A stretch of 64,000 nt of DNA, from NCBI GenBank assembly GCA_964270895.1, contig OZ185442.1; one strand, given 5' to 3'. Within the stretch, counting starts at the first letter, position 1. Each line of letters opens with the position of its first letter. This stretch comes from Podarcis filfolensis. Taxonomy: Eukaryota. This document shows, piece by piece, positions 34,648-47,000 of the stretch. The position numbers were made by a program, and so were the translations under genes. The notes beneath the pieces were generated by a model that was not told where the DNA came from, did no database searches, and was given only the letters and a program-made list of their open reading frames with translations.

Positions 34648-37600
34648 CTAAGAACACAAATAGAAAATAGAGAATATTTCTACCAGTGCATCAGTTAACA
34701 TGAATTGGCAGAGATCTAAACAAAATGTGACATAACATCTACTCTCTCAGAGGAGAGGATGAACAATGAATAAGACAGTGGTCCATGTGATAGGTGTCTG
34801 ATACCAAGCAACCTAGCCAATGTTTTTATTTAGATTACTGGATTGCTAAATCTTCGAATATTAGAAGCCAGGCTAGGCTATAACAACATACAGCAACTCA
34901 CTCTAACACAGTGTTTTTCAACCCTGTTTCTATAGAACCTCTGGGTTTCACAATCCTCTAAAAGCTCTGCAAAATTTTACAATGTCCTACCTTAGGCACT
35001 ATACGTTCCCCTCTTGTGCCAGTCCACACACACACCACCCATGACCATGAATCATGGAAAGACACCTAACTCACCAAGTCTCATATGGAAAGGTCCATTC
35101 TGATTTTTTTTAATGAACAATATACATTTATGAATATTCTTGATTTCTTAGCTCCCCAGTGACCTTGAATACTTGCTTGCAACTGACTAGAATTTATAAC
35201 AGCATCTTTGCTTCCCATACGACATCAAGCCAAGATTAGTGGAAATTAAGGGCTGGTTTCACATTCCCAGTTACCATGCATTCACAGCATTCCCAGTGCT
35301 GAGCTTTTAATCCATGTTCACAAAACATTATCCAAAATGCACATTTATCCTGTACTTTGTTATAAAAGACTATTGTTGGATGTATTGTTCCGCAAACCAC
35401 TTCTAATGCACTCCAGTCAAGGGGTGAACCCTTTTGCAGGGGTGAAGACATCCCTGACCTGGCAAGGGTCCAAGGTGCGCACAAAAGCAGAAACAAATCT
35501 GACACTAAGGCAGGTTGATGTGAACTGCTAAGGGCAAAATGCTGTAAAATGCACCCAAAGCATTCTAAGGTGGCAATGTGAATACACCCTAAGATTAAAT
35601 GCTTCTGGAGTCCTGGCTATGCAAGTGTTATGTGCAAACAGAGTTATTGAGATGGGGCTTGCATTGCTGAAAATTGCACAGGAGGTAGAAGGTAGCACAG
35701 GAGGCCAAATGAAAAAGCCAAAAGTTCATTCTCTCTGAAATGTCACAACTTGCTGAATTGCTTGCAAAGAGCTCCTAATTAGGCATGCTTCTGCCAGCAA
35801 AATCAGCCTCTGCATGGTAGACTGTCATTTCTCTGTGTGGAAGGTTAGCTATGAGCAGTACCTGAGCAAGAGGCATTAATTTGGGGATTTAACACTCGGG
35901 AGGACCTCTTATTTGCATTCTTCTCCAGATCCACAGTTGGCATCTGTGTCCTGATGCAAAAACACAAACTACAACAATGCACAATTATACAAAGGCAGGA
36001 AGAGAGGGGGGTTGTGACAGAGAAACCAATCAAGCAGTAACATTACATCTGCTGTCCTGGAAATAGCTGTGCTAGGTAGGCAACTATCATCACTAAATGC
36101 AGACAGAGGCTGTCTAAGGCCCAAAGCAGCTGTGTCTGGGCACGTGGCTACTCTGTTCATGCTATTTTCACTAATATCTTTTGTACATATTACTTGGCTG
36201 GTGAACGGCATTGCAAAATTCAGAGAAGTGCATTTATGGAAGGATGACAGTGTTTTGGTTTGCATATTGTTCAATCTTGTGCAAGTTTAGTGGATTCAAC
36301 ATTAAATGCAAACTAAATCAAATTTCTCTCTCATCCTTAGGCAAATTTTGGGCTCCTAGGCAAAAGCCAACCCAGCCTTCTAGTAAACATACCCCACATC
36401 CAAAAGTATTTAGAGATTCACACTACTCACCTTAGAACATGGGCATAGCCAGGATTTATATTGGGGGGCAGGCTTTACGTTAAGGGGGGCAGAACCTCAG
36501 CTAAGTATTTTGTATTGATTAACTTGATGGTGGGGGGTGACTGCCCTTCCCTACACCCTCCCTTGGCTATGCCCAGGCTCTAGAAATTTTCCCCTCCCCA
36601 CTTTTCATGGGAATGAAGGCCAGGCGAACGTCTGTGTGTTTCTGTTTGTATTGTGTGGAAGGACTTTGTCCGGCCCTATCTCAGAGTCTCCTGCAAGTTC
36701 CTCCCAGTTCAATGCCACAGGTATTTGGTGGTGTTCAGGTGCCACCCCCACCCCTCTCCCATCCTGCACATGCATGTCTTACCGAGGACAAATTGGCCTC
36801 CACATCATTCAAATTCCATTCACTTGCAGATATAGTGGGGTTGAAAACCTAAAACAAACAAGGTGTAAGATGAACCACAGCTAAAAAACATCAGGAGGTT
36901 ATAAGGTTTTTGCTTCATTTGATTCCTGCTCTGCCCACATTGGGGTGGGGGGAAGTAGGCTGTATGTCAAGACCCTTCTTACCCCTAGATCCAGCAAGTA
37001 AGGATTCAAATTCCTGGTGAGGTGATAGCCTAGGCAATGGGCCATTGAGGGAACAAAGGAAGTGCATCTGTGCCAGAAACAAAATGGGTGTGCCTCCCTT
37101 CCTCAACTGGCTGGTAGTTAGAAAAACAAAGGCCAGATGAAGAGTGCAGTGATTTAAGCTAGGAGCTGGAAGCTGGAAAAGTGGCAGGCTTTTAAGTCAG
37201 AGATAGAGAGAACCATGTTTGATTTCTGCTCAAATCCAAGGCTGTGGCTATGGGGGAAGCAAGGCACTATTGGGGTGTTAATGCTGTGAGCCCCCCCCAT
37301 TGTATGCTCAGGTTGTATATATGTATAAATAAACCATATATCCTAAATACATCACAGTCTGCACTGTGCCTCATTCCCAAGGAACCACAAACCCTGGGTA
37401 AGCACCTGGACCCCCTGGAATCTCACTCAGATATCGGGGTGGCATCAAACTGTATAATTCTACAGGCAGGATCTCAGTCACGGTGATTTCTGTTAACAGT
37501 TTTTGCCAATTCTTTAAAAAATATCTGATTAACAACAACAAGAAGAAGAAAAGGGCAAAGAAAGCTATAAAATAAAGTTGATGTAGATATTCTGCAACCC

Positions 37601-39842
37601 CTAGAGGCCTTCAGAGCAGCCTGTGTGGGTGACTGAGCAACCAAATTCCACCTGTCGCTGAATTTTGTTGACTCACCCAAACTCTGTGCACTGGAGGGGG
37701 GCAGGCTAGGAAGAGTGTGGTTGTGATGGGAACACCTTGTGGCAGGGAGTTCCATAAGTTAATAATTGTGTATTGTGTACATTTCTTTCTTTTGCCTGAA
37801 ATTTTCTAAAAGGAAAGGAAATGCCCAAATTTTGCTTACTCAAATTTCATTAGCCAAATTTCTAGGTTAAAAATAATAGGATACTGCTGCTGGAGAGTGC
37901 ATGTTTGCATTAATTTTAATTCCACAGATCTCTGCCAGCTAGTGAGCTTAATTGGGTCAGCCAAGTCTCAACATTTTCCAGCAAAACCCGATAATCTCAA
38001 AGTGTATCTTTTACCATTTACCATTCAGAAACCAGTTAGTTCAATGTGTGTGAGGAGTTTATGGATTTGAAGAATCATATCTGCTCTAAGGGTGGCTTCT
38101 ACAACTTTGAAAAACAAGAATGATGGAACTATAAAACTCTTATCATGATTAGACAAAAGCTTACATCCAAAGGACTGGCAGCTTCGAGATTATACTGCTG
38201 GTTCCTCAGTAGGATCTGAAGGCCTTCCAGATTCAAATCAGCACCATCTAAAGGATCAGAAATTTCTGCTCTGTGAAAACACAAGAGGAACAGTTGCCCA
38301 CTGGGATTCAGGTTAAGCATTTGTATAACAGGTGGATCAACACTCTTTCCCCCCATCTGTTGTCCAAGGAATAAAAGGCAAGGGCATGGTGTTTTGTCTT
38401 CCCCCATTTTATCTTCATAACAAGTTTCTGAAGAAAGTTATAGGATTATCCTATGAGTCTCATGCCAGGATCCACTTCCTAGCTTAACCTTGAATTAGGT
38501 TAAGCTATAGACCAAGAATGGGGAGCCTGTGGCCCTCCAGATGTTGTTGGACTCAAGCTCCCATCATCCCCAGCTGGAATAGCCAATGCTCAAGGATGAT
38601 GGGAATTGTAGTCCAGGTCATACAGAGGGCCACACACTCCCCATCTCCGCCATAGTTCTTTTTGCTGTGATGAGCACCTAAAGAATCAGTGTTTTGCTAG
38701 TTTCATCCTCAGGATCCCCTAAAGCACAAGCAAATATCTGCATAGCTGCAACTACTAAAGCCTTCATGCAATACTCTCCATCCACAAGCAATGCAACAGT
38801 GTGGTGCTAGAGCACATAGTGGTGCTCCTCCCCTCACCTGTCTAGAGGTGCCCTTCTGCCTCTTCTGTCAAGTGTCTGCAAACTTGCTGGCTGTGGCACA
38901 TCGCAGCTCCCTCTGCCGTCTAACACAGACTGAACCATGGCAACAGGCAACACAGGAGGGTCTGAGCAGACATTACAGCCAATCAAGGGGACAGCAGGAT
39001 CTGTGGATGCGGCTTTCTGCTCAGGGCTAATGGGTTCTTCCTTGACCAGCAGGAGGCAGGTTTCCCTGAACCAAAGACAAATTTCAGCGCCACCCTGATG
39101 CTTTTTTCCTTTCAACTCACTCCAGGGCCAAAACTAGGCACACAGCAGAAACCAACGTGTATGAAAGTCAGTTCCTCCCCCATATCAAGGGGAGGGTGCA
39201 AAATGGAGAGGAGAAGCAGTGGGCATGAATACAGTGTGGTATGGTGGTTAGAGTGTTGGACTAAGCCTGAGAGGCCAGGGTTCAAATCTCCAAGCAGCCA
39301 GGAAACTCACTGGGTGACCAATCACTCTCTCTCAACTAGCCTACCTCACAGGGCTGTTGTAAGGATAACATGGGGAAGACAAGAACCATGTACACTGCCC
39401 TGAGCTTGTTGGGGAAAAAAGTGGGAAATAAATGCAATAAAATAAATAAATATTGGAAATGCTAATTGAGACAATGGGGGAGGGGGGACTGAAAGGCAGA
39501 AGTGGCAGGGGGAACCTTTTTCGATATTCTCACTATAGGCAGAGTCCATCCTACAAAAGCAGCATTATAAGCAGACAACTGAGTATAAATCCACCACTAA
39601 TGCATTATTATTGCACCAGTGGTGTAGAATTATAGAATCCTTGAATTGCAGAGTTGGAAGGGATCCCGAGGGTCTTCTAGTCCAACCCCCTGCTATGCAG
39701 CAATCTCAACTAAAGTATCCCACATTTTGCAGAACACACATGGAGGTGGGGTGGGGACAAAAACCACCTGTCTGGAGGAGCCCCTAATGGCAAAGCTGGC
39801 CCTGGCCTATTCAGTCTCCTGTGGCATTTATTTATTTATTTA

Positions 39843-39875
<33 letters not shown>

Positions 39876-42535
39876 CCCACATCTATCCATGTTGCTCACC
39901 AAAACACTTGATTTTTCTTACCTCTCCCTGTTGGAAGTAGGCTGCATGACCACAGCATTAGATGGCGACACTTCAGTAACATCTGATATTATTGGTCCTC
40001 CAGGGACAGCAGGGCTGTTTAAGCACGAAGCAGGTTCTGCAGATGGCTGCAGGCAAGGATGGGGGGAAGGCCATATTTTTTAACACCACCCTTGCACCCC
40101 AAATCTAAAAATCTAAAAGGCAATTCTATTTTTTAGAAACTGGATTAGAACACGCCCCCTCTGAGGCCACAGATAATGAAAAGCCAAAAGGCCTGGTGAA
40201 ACAGAAATGTGCTGCCTACAAGTTGCTTTTGCAAAACATGGAGGCATTCTTGAGTGGAACAATCTGATTTAAATGAATTAGAATTTAAATTTAACTGAAT
40301 AATTGATTAAATTTGCATAGATGCGAACATGAATAAAGCAACTACTGTATCTTGAAGGGGGGGCAGAAGCATGACTCCTTTGCTTTGAGATGAAGTACAC
40401 AGGCCCTTGTTTCAGCATTTGAAAAGAGGAAATGTATCCTATATGTGAAAAAATGTCTGCTTCTTCATAGATGGCACCTGCTGTCACTCACAGTGTTTGC
40501 AAGTATCTGTACTGAAAGGGTAACCTAGTGCGATAAAGCATGTGTTTCCCGTGCAGTAAGTCCCAGGTTCACTTCCTGGCATCTCTAGTAAGGGCTGGAG
40601 AAGTCTACCGTCTGAAATCCCAGAGAGCTGCTGCCACTCAGTGCTGTACACAACAAATACTGAGCAAGATAGATCAGCGATCTGACTCAGAGAAAAGACA
40701 GCTTCAGATGTATCTTTAAAAATAATTAAAACTTTTTTAAAAAAAAAGTTTGATTAATTGCTAGCACCTTGCAAATAAATAAGAGCAGGCAAGAAGACTA
40801 AATTAGATGGACGCCATCCCAAACTCACCGACTGGATGAAATAGGAGTCATGAATGGGATCCAAAGACAAATGCTTCCTGAACTTTGTCATTTGTGGAGT
40901 AGAGTTGCCATCATCCAGCATAAGAGGTCTGTTGAGAGAATGAAGCCCAAATCCTTAATCTCAGTCACTCAGCTGTGGGACTTGTAAGAACGCTATCACA
41001 AGCTCACTGGTTCTGGGGGTGAGTGTTGAATCTTTCCGGGGCAGCTAGAGGAAAGAACAGCTGGCGTTTCTTTGGGCCTTTAGGAGGCTTCTCAGCTGAT
41101 CAGGTGGCACTTGGAAACACAAACACACGGAAACTGCTCCATGAAGTCTAGGCTCCCCACTCATTCAAAGCAATTTCCACAACACCAGCCTTCTTCAACC
41201 TGGTGCCCTCCAGATGCCATCAGCCCCTGCCAACACTAGTCACACCACCCCTCGCTCACAAATACAGCAGCTTGTCCTCTGAGCCCAGAGCTGTGGGGTT
41301 GCTACTCCTGTAACTAGAGTCCTAAATTAGACCTCCCCTTGGTCTACTTCCAGCAAGGCAACTCTAATGTTCCTAGGCTGTCCATAAGGCAAACCATCAC
41401 AGGCCTTCTTTAGACTTTGCATCTGTTTACAGCCACCTAATAAGCTCACCTAATAGGCTTGGCAGTCCCATAGGTGCACCTCCCTCCCCCACCCCCACCC
41501 CCTGTAATGATATTACTGGAAAACCTCTCTGTGGTTTCCACAGGGGACCTTGCCTCCACTCCCCTTTCTCTTCAAATTTTCTTCTTTCAATCCCCTGTAT
41601 ACCACTAAAACAAAGGTCACAGCAAGCTGACAGGGTGGTTCTCCAAGGGCACTGAATGAGACCTGTCAGCAGCTCTGACTCATCAGTTCCCAGCCCCATT
41701 CATTTTTCTGTCACCATGGTGCCCAGGTCTGGTGACCTACCACGCCACTTGGAGCTGAGCTGGGGGGGGGGGTAAAATGAAGGGTGAGCCCCCAACTAGT
41801 TTCTTGCCCGTGCATGTCCATGCAGTCACATGAGGGTACTTACAGCTTTCTCTTTATTCCAGCATTGCTGGGGCTGGATTGGAGCTGGCCGAAGAGAAAC
41901 TGAATCAGCTGTCAGGGGAAATCAAGGTCAGGTGTTTGTCAGTCAGCACAGTGATTCAGCACTCCACCATCCACCTCTCTGCTCACACAAGGAGGAGCTC
42001 CCTTCCGGGGGAAGGAGGGCTGCAAGCATCTGCTTTGCATGGAGAAGATCCAGGTTCAATCCCCAATGTCTGTAGGTAGTGCTTTGAGAAACTCCCTAAC
42101 CTGCAATCCTGGAGAGTCACATCCAGTCTGTGTAGACAACACAGAGCTAGATGGAGCAATGATCTGACTTGATGTAAGGCAACTTCTATATAAGGTAACT
42201 TTCAAGTTTCCAAAAATGAAGGACAGGGGCAGGCAAGATGAGACAGACATGGCCATCTTCCTCGACATGAATGTAAGCATACATCAAAAGTGTGCACTCT
42301 TATATGAATGCAGTGAACATGCAACACTTGGAATAGGAAGGGACACTTGGGGAGGGTGGTCATATTGATAGATGCTACCCTGCCCAGGGACAACAGAAGG
42401 CACCCCAACTTTGTGCCACATTGGATCAGAAACTTGGGTGATTCCTGACATGAAATGTAGCTACACTGGTCCTGAAGCATCTGCACAAATTCAGAAAGTT
42501 TGTCTTCTTCAGGCTGTGAGGGCAAGGACAGGTGG

Positions 42536-42590
<55 letters not shown>

Positions 42591-44024
42591 CATGAGGCTT
42601 TGCATGGCTGGAATGTAGCCTATTGTGCAGAGGCAAGAGTCCATTCTATTGCTCCACCCACTTTTGCCTCTAACGCTGCCCAGTGTTGGCATGTGGCACC
42701 TAAGAGGTTCCCATGTGGGAATGCTGCTCATGAGGAAATATGCCCTTTGGGTTGAAAAAGTTTCCCACTCCTGTATCAGATGAGCCCATCTGCCACACAG
42801 AACCACATTCCCCCGAGTTCCTTGAGAAAGTCCTGACCATTGACCATGTGCCAATTTCAGTGAAGCCAACCACCCCCCAATCTGCAAGTAGCAAATACCC
42901 CCCACCACATAATTGGCATCAACAGAAACGTTACCTTGTTGATCACTTTCTCATGCTGTGAATGATTCTGCCTGAGACACACAACTTCCCTCCACAATAC
43001 TTCATTCTGCCTGGAAAGAATAGAGAGCGGCAGGCTGAGGGCACAGTCTCTCAATGAATCACAGGAAACAGTGAATGTGCACTTGTAGGCCTTTGTGATT
43101 CTGGCAGCAATCTCAAACACACCTACGACGGAATAAGCACCACTGACCTAATCTGGAAATCATAAGGGCCAGTAACTTTTGTTTCCCTTACTAAAGGGAG
43201 GGGAAGGTTGTCCTTAGAGCACCTTTAGAGTTTTATATATAGATATCTAACTATGAGGCTGCATCAATTTTTGTTGTCTTCTCTCTTTGGGTCCATTCGG
43301 ACCCCTGCCACAACTCCTGCCGAGATTGGGCACAGGCCTTGGGCTCTTGCGCTCACCCAAACTGGAGAGAGTCTACAGTTATTTGAATGTCAGGCCTTAA
43401 TCTTTGACATAGAAATTGTAGGTTTGACACCTGGAGTAAAGATGGGCCCATATTCAGGTAACTGCCATAGAATCATAGCACTGTGGAGCTGGAAGGGACC
43501 CCCGAGGGTCATCTAGTTCTACCCCCTGCAATGCCAGGATGCTTCTGGTAGCATTCACTTACTGCTTCATGTCCTGCACCTGACACTCCATTGTCTCTTG
43601 CTGACCCCGGAGGATCTGGATCTCGTACAGTAATCTGCTAAGGTCTTCTTGGCGCATCTTGGTTTCTTCACTTTTCACAATGGATACCTGAAGAAACAAC
43701 CAAAGAAAGAAGCAGAAATAGAAGGATACATTGTGCAAATGTGTGAGGTAGGAAACACAATCCAGGGAACGCTAAATGCAACTAAGGCCCTCTTCACCCA
43801 GTGCATTCCTGAGCTTTTGCAAGCGTACTCCTAAAAATGCAGTGGGTGAATGTCAGGGAAACATAAATACATTTGCTGGCAAGTGTTATTTTTATCTGGT
43901 GAGGACACCTTCCCTTGTCCAGAGCCTGGACTATGGCAGGGGCAATCCCTGATGTCACATGATCTCTCCCAGGTTTAGATAATCCTACAGAGCTCAAGCT
44001 GGGAAGGAGGGTGGAAAATAAAAT

Positions 44025-44066
<42 letters not shown>

Positions 44067-47000
44067 AATATAATGCTTGCTGTTTTAATGGGTTTGTTCA
44101 CTGAATATTTTAATTGTGGATATTGATTTTAATGTTTTGATGCAATTATTTATTGCATATTTTAATGATGTGTAACTATATTTTGGTAATTGGTTTTATA
44201 CTTGTAAATCGCTTAGAAGCTGTTTTGGCAATTAACTGGTATCTAAATAAAATATAATAATGATAATACCATGTAGTGTATGCAGCTGCCCTAAGTCCCA
44301 TTGGACTCAATGCTGCTTTCACTAGGACTTGATGGGGATGAATGTTTTCTTTTTTTTGTATTGGGCTACTCTTACGTTGGGGGACGTGGGTGGCGCTGTG
44401 GGTTAAACCACAGAGCCTAGGACTTGTCAATTGGAATGTTGACGGTTTGAGCTCCCATTGCTTGGTCCCTGCTCCTGCCAACCTAGGAGTTGGAAAGCAC
44501 ATCAAAGTGTAAGTTGATAAATAGGTACCGCTCTGGTGGGAAGTTAAACGGCGTTTCCGTGCGCTGCTCTGGTTCGCCAGAAGTGGCTTAGTCATGCTGG
44601 CCACATGACCCGGAAGCTGTAAGCCGGCTCCCTCGGCCAATAAAGCGAGATGAGCGCCGCAACCCCAGAGTCGGCCACAACTGGACCTAATGGTCAGCGG
44701 TCCCTTTACCTTTACTCTTATGTTATGTATATGCCACCTGCATGGTAAGAGGTAATTCCTATCCTCTCCCAAGCAGGCCGTACGTACACATGATCACAAC
44801 AGCCTAATAGTTACTTGCATTTCCTACCTTCCTTTTGATGTGCTCTAGGAGGTGTTCATGGCCTTGTAGGAAATAAAGGTGCTGGAACTCAGTGTCATCA
44901 CGTTCAGGCTTGACAAGGCCGCCTTGTTCAATGTTCACCACTTTCCTAAAGCCATCTAAATGGACAAACAGAAGCCTGGTGAGAAGCAGGAGGATGGGTG
45001 GGGCGGGGTGCTGATTTACACATTAGGTATACATCTATGACTGCACAAAAGTGTGGATGTGGCAAACATGTGCTTGCGAATCAGTGTGCCAGTTCTAGAG
45101 GACAGAGAAAAAAAGCATCTGTCAAAATCCCAGATCAGCAATAAGTCTACATCTTCAATATTTCCACTATTCCCACTTTGTGTGGAGCCCCCAAGAAGGT
45201 GGGAGGCAGTGGAGAATTCTCAGTGTGCCTGCCCTGCCTCTTCCAGATTAAAGGAGTCCCTGGCTGTGGACCCAGAAAAGCGAGAGACCAGTGGTCTCTC
45301 TCCCCGCCCCGCCCCCCGTCTCTTGCTTCCTTCATGTTGAACTCTTGATAGCTGCTGATATATAACTTTTTATTTATGTCACTATTATTTTTATCTCAAT
45401 TCTTTGAAGAGAAGTGAGATTTAAAAACTGGTATCCCGTTTATTTCACCTTCAAACTGTGCCTCTTTGTGATGCTGCTCACCAGTACAGAGTACCTGGCA
45501 CCTTTTTTTTTTCTTCTTTTGCTGCTCTTGGCAGCCATTGTATGTGAATATATCATAAACTTAAATGCCTCTAACAAACATTAACTTACTAGGTTGCCAA
45601 ATACATAAGTTCAGCTCTAGTGCTACTGCTTTTTAGGTCTGGCAACGTACTAAAACCACATTTTAAAAGTACAAAATTCATTTTAATCATGACATTTCCT
45701 CCATCATACAAGCAAGACTGTACTTTCTAAATCTTGGGAATGTTACTTACACATGTTCAGTTGTCGCACAAAGCTGGCCATGTTGTTGTGTTTGAAATAC
45801 TTAGGCAGCACCTCCTTGGCAAACCGGCTCTGATCAAAAACATGGAAGCTGGAACCATTCTTTAAAGGAAAAAAAAAGAGTTAAACAATGTTAGCTACCT
45901 GCTCATTACTGTAAGGCTCTAATGCTAAACAGATTCTACAAATATGTGAAACCGGATTAATAACAAACCACCATTTTCAAACAAAGGACACGCTGAAATT
46001 TGCATCCTGCCTGCCATTTCTGAGGTGTGTTTGTTGGCGCTTTAATTCACATTTAAATACTTGAAAATCTAAGAGTGAAGCTTGTGGTGCCTTAGAGATG
46101 TAACAATATTTTATCATGACATTTCAGGGAGTCAAGCTCACTTTGTCAGATCCATTAAGCAATATCTTAGTGGGCAAGTATAGAAAGGAGAAAACTGTAT
46201 GTTGAATGACAATGCAATGCAAAAATCGCAGTCACTAACAAACAATGCCTCTTGGCAGAGAACCACAGGCGACGAATGTGTGGGGCTGTGGGTGCTCCAG
46301 CCCCCACAACTTTCCCCATGAAGAGGCAGGGGACCCACAATTTTTTGTGCAGGACCATGCACGTCACAGATGCAGGTGTGGGTGCACCTGATGTCAGCAT
46401 GCCTAGCTCACCCCCCCCCCAGGAAACCCATTGCGCCCAGCCCAGCCAGGCACACTGAACGAACCATCTTGTAAGCCAGGTTTTATTTTCTCAGGTGTGA
46501 AATTTGGTACCTCAGCACCAGACAGGCACTTAAGTCTGCTGTCTTCATCGTGAAACACCAACCCATAAGCAGACCTCATTGCTGCAACATCCTACCTGAT
46601 TTTTCTACCAAAATAATAAAATCTCCATCCAACCCCCGTCCTTCCCACTTTGTGTATCATTTTGCCTGATGGAAGTTTTGAAGAACTGGAAAGGTTGCCA
46701 CATTTTTGTGACTTCTTGGTTTGTCCTAATAAAATTACAGTATCCCTTATCTTTGGAACTTTTTTCTTATGGACCACAAGGCTTCCCTTGGTTTTTTTTT
46801 TTATTATGATCTGCCAACAATACAAACACTGTAGCGTGTAATTAACTGCGGTTCAGTGTCAGCGGTTCGAATCCCCATGACGGGGTGAACTCCCGTTGCT
46901 CGGTCCCTGCTCCTGCCAACCTAGCAGTTTGAAAGCACGTCAAAGTGCAAGTAGATAAATAGGTACCACTCTGGCAGGAAGGTAAACGGTGTTTCCATGC

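Noticed and set aside
42202-42636. ORF containing LIQC, like human HSF4 exon 6
   Set aside because: No acceptor; spans a microsatellite; the real exon is 41844..41908
43679-43687. HSF4 exon 4 begins GTATCCATT, resembling a U12 donor or recursive site
   Set aside because: It is coding sequence (VSI) and departs from the GTATCCTT consensus
44176-44772. 198-aa ORF and similar ORFs at 12493, 15908 and 46842
   Set aside because: Antisense reading of Sauria SINE copies
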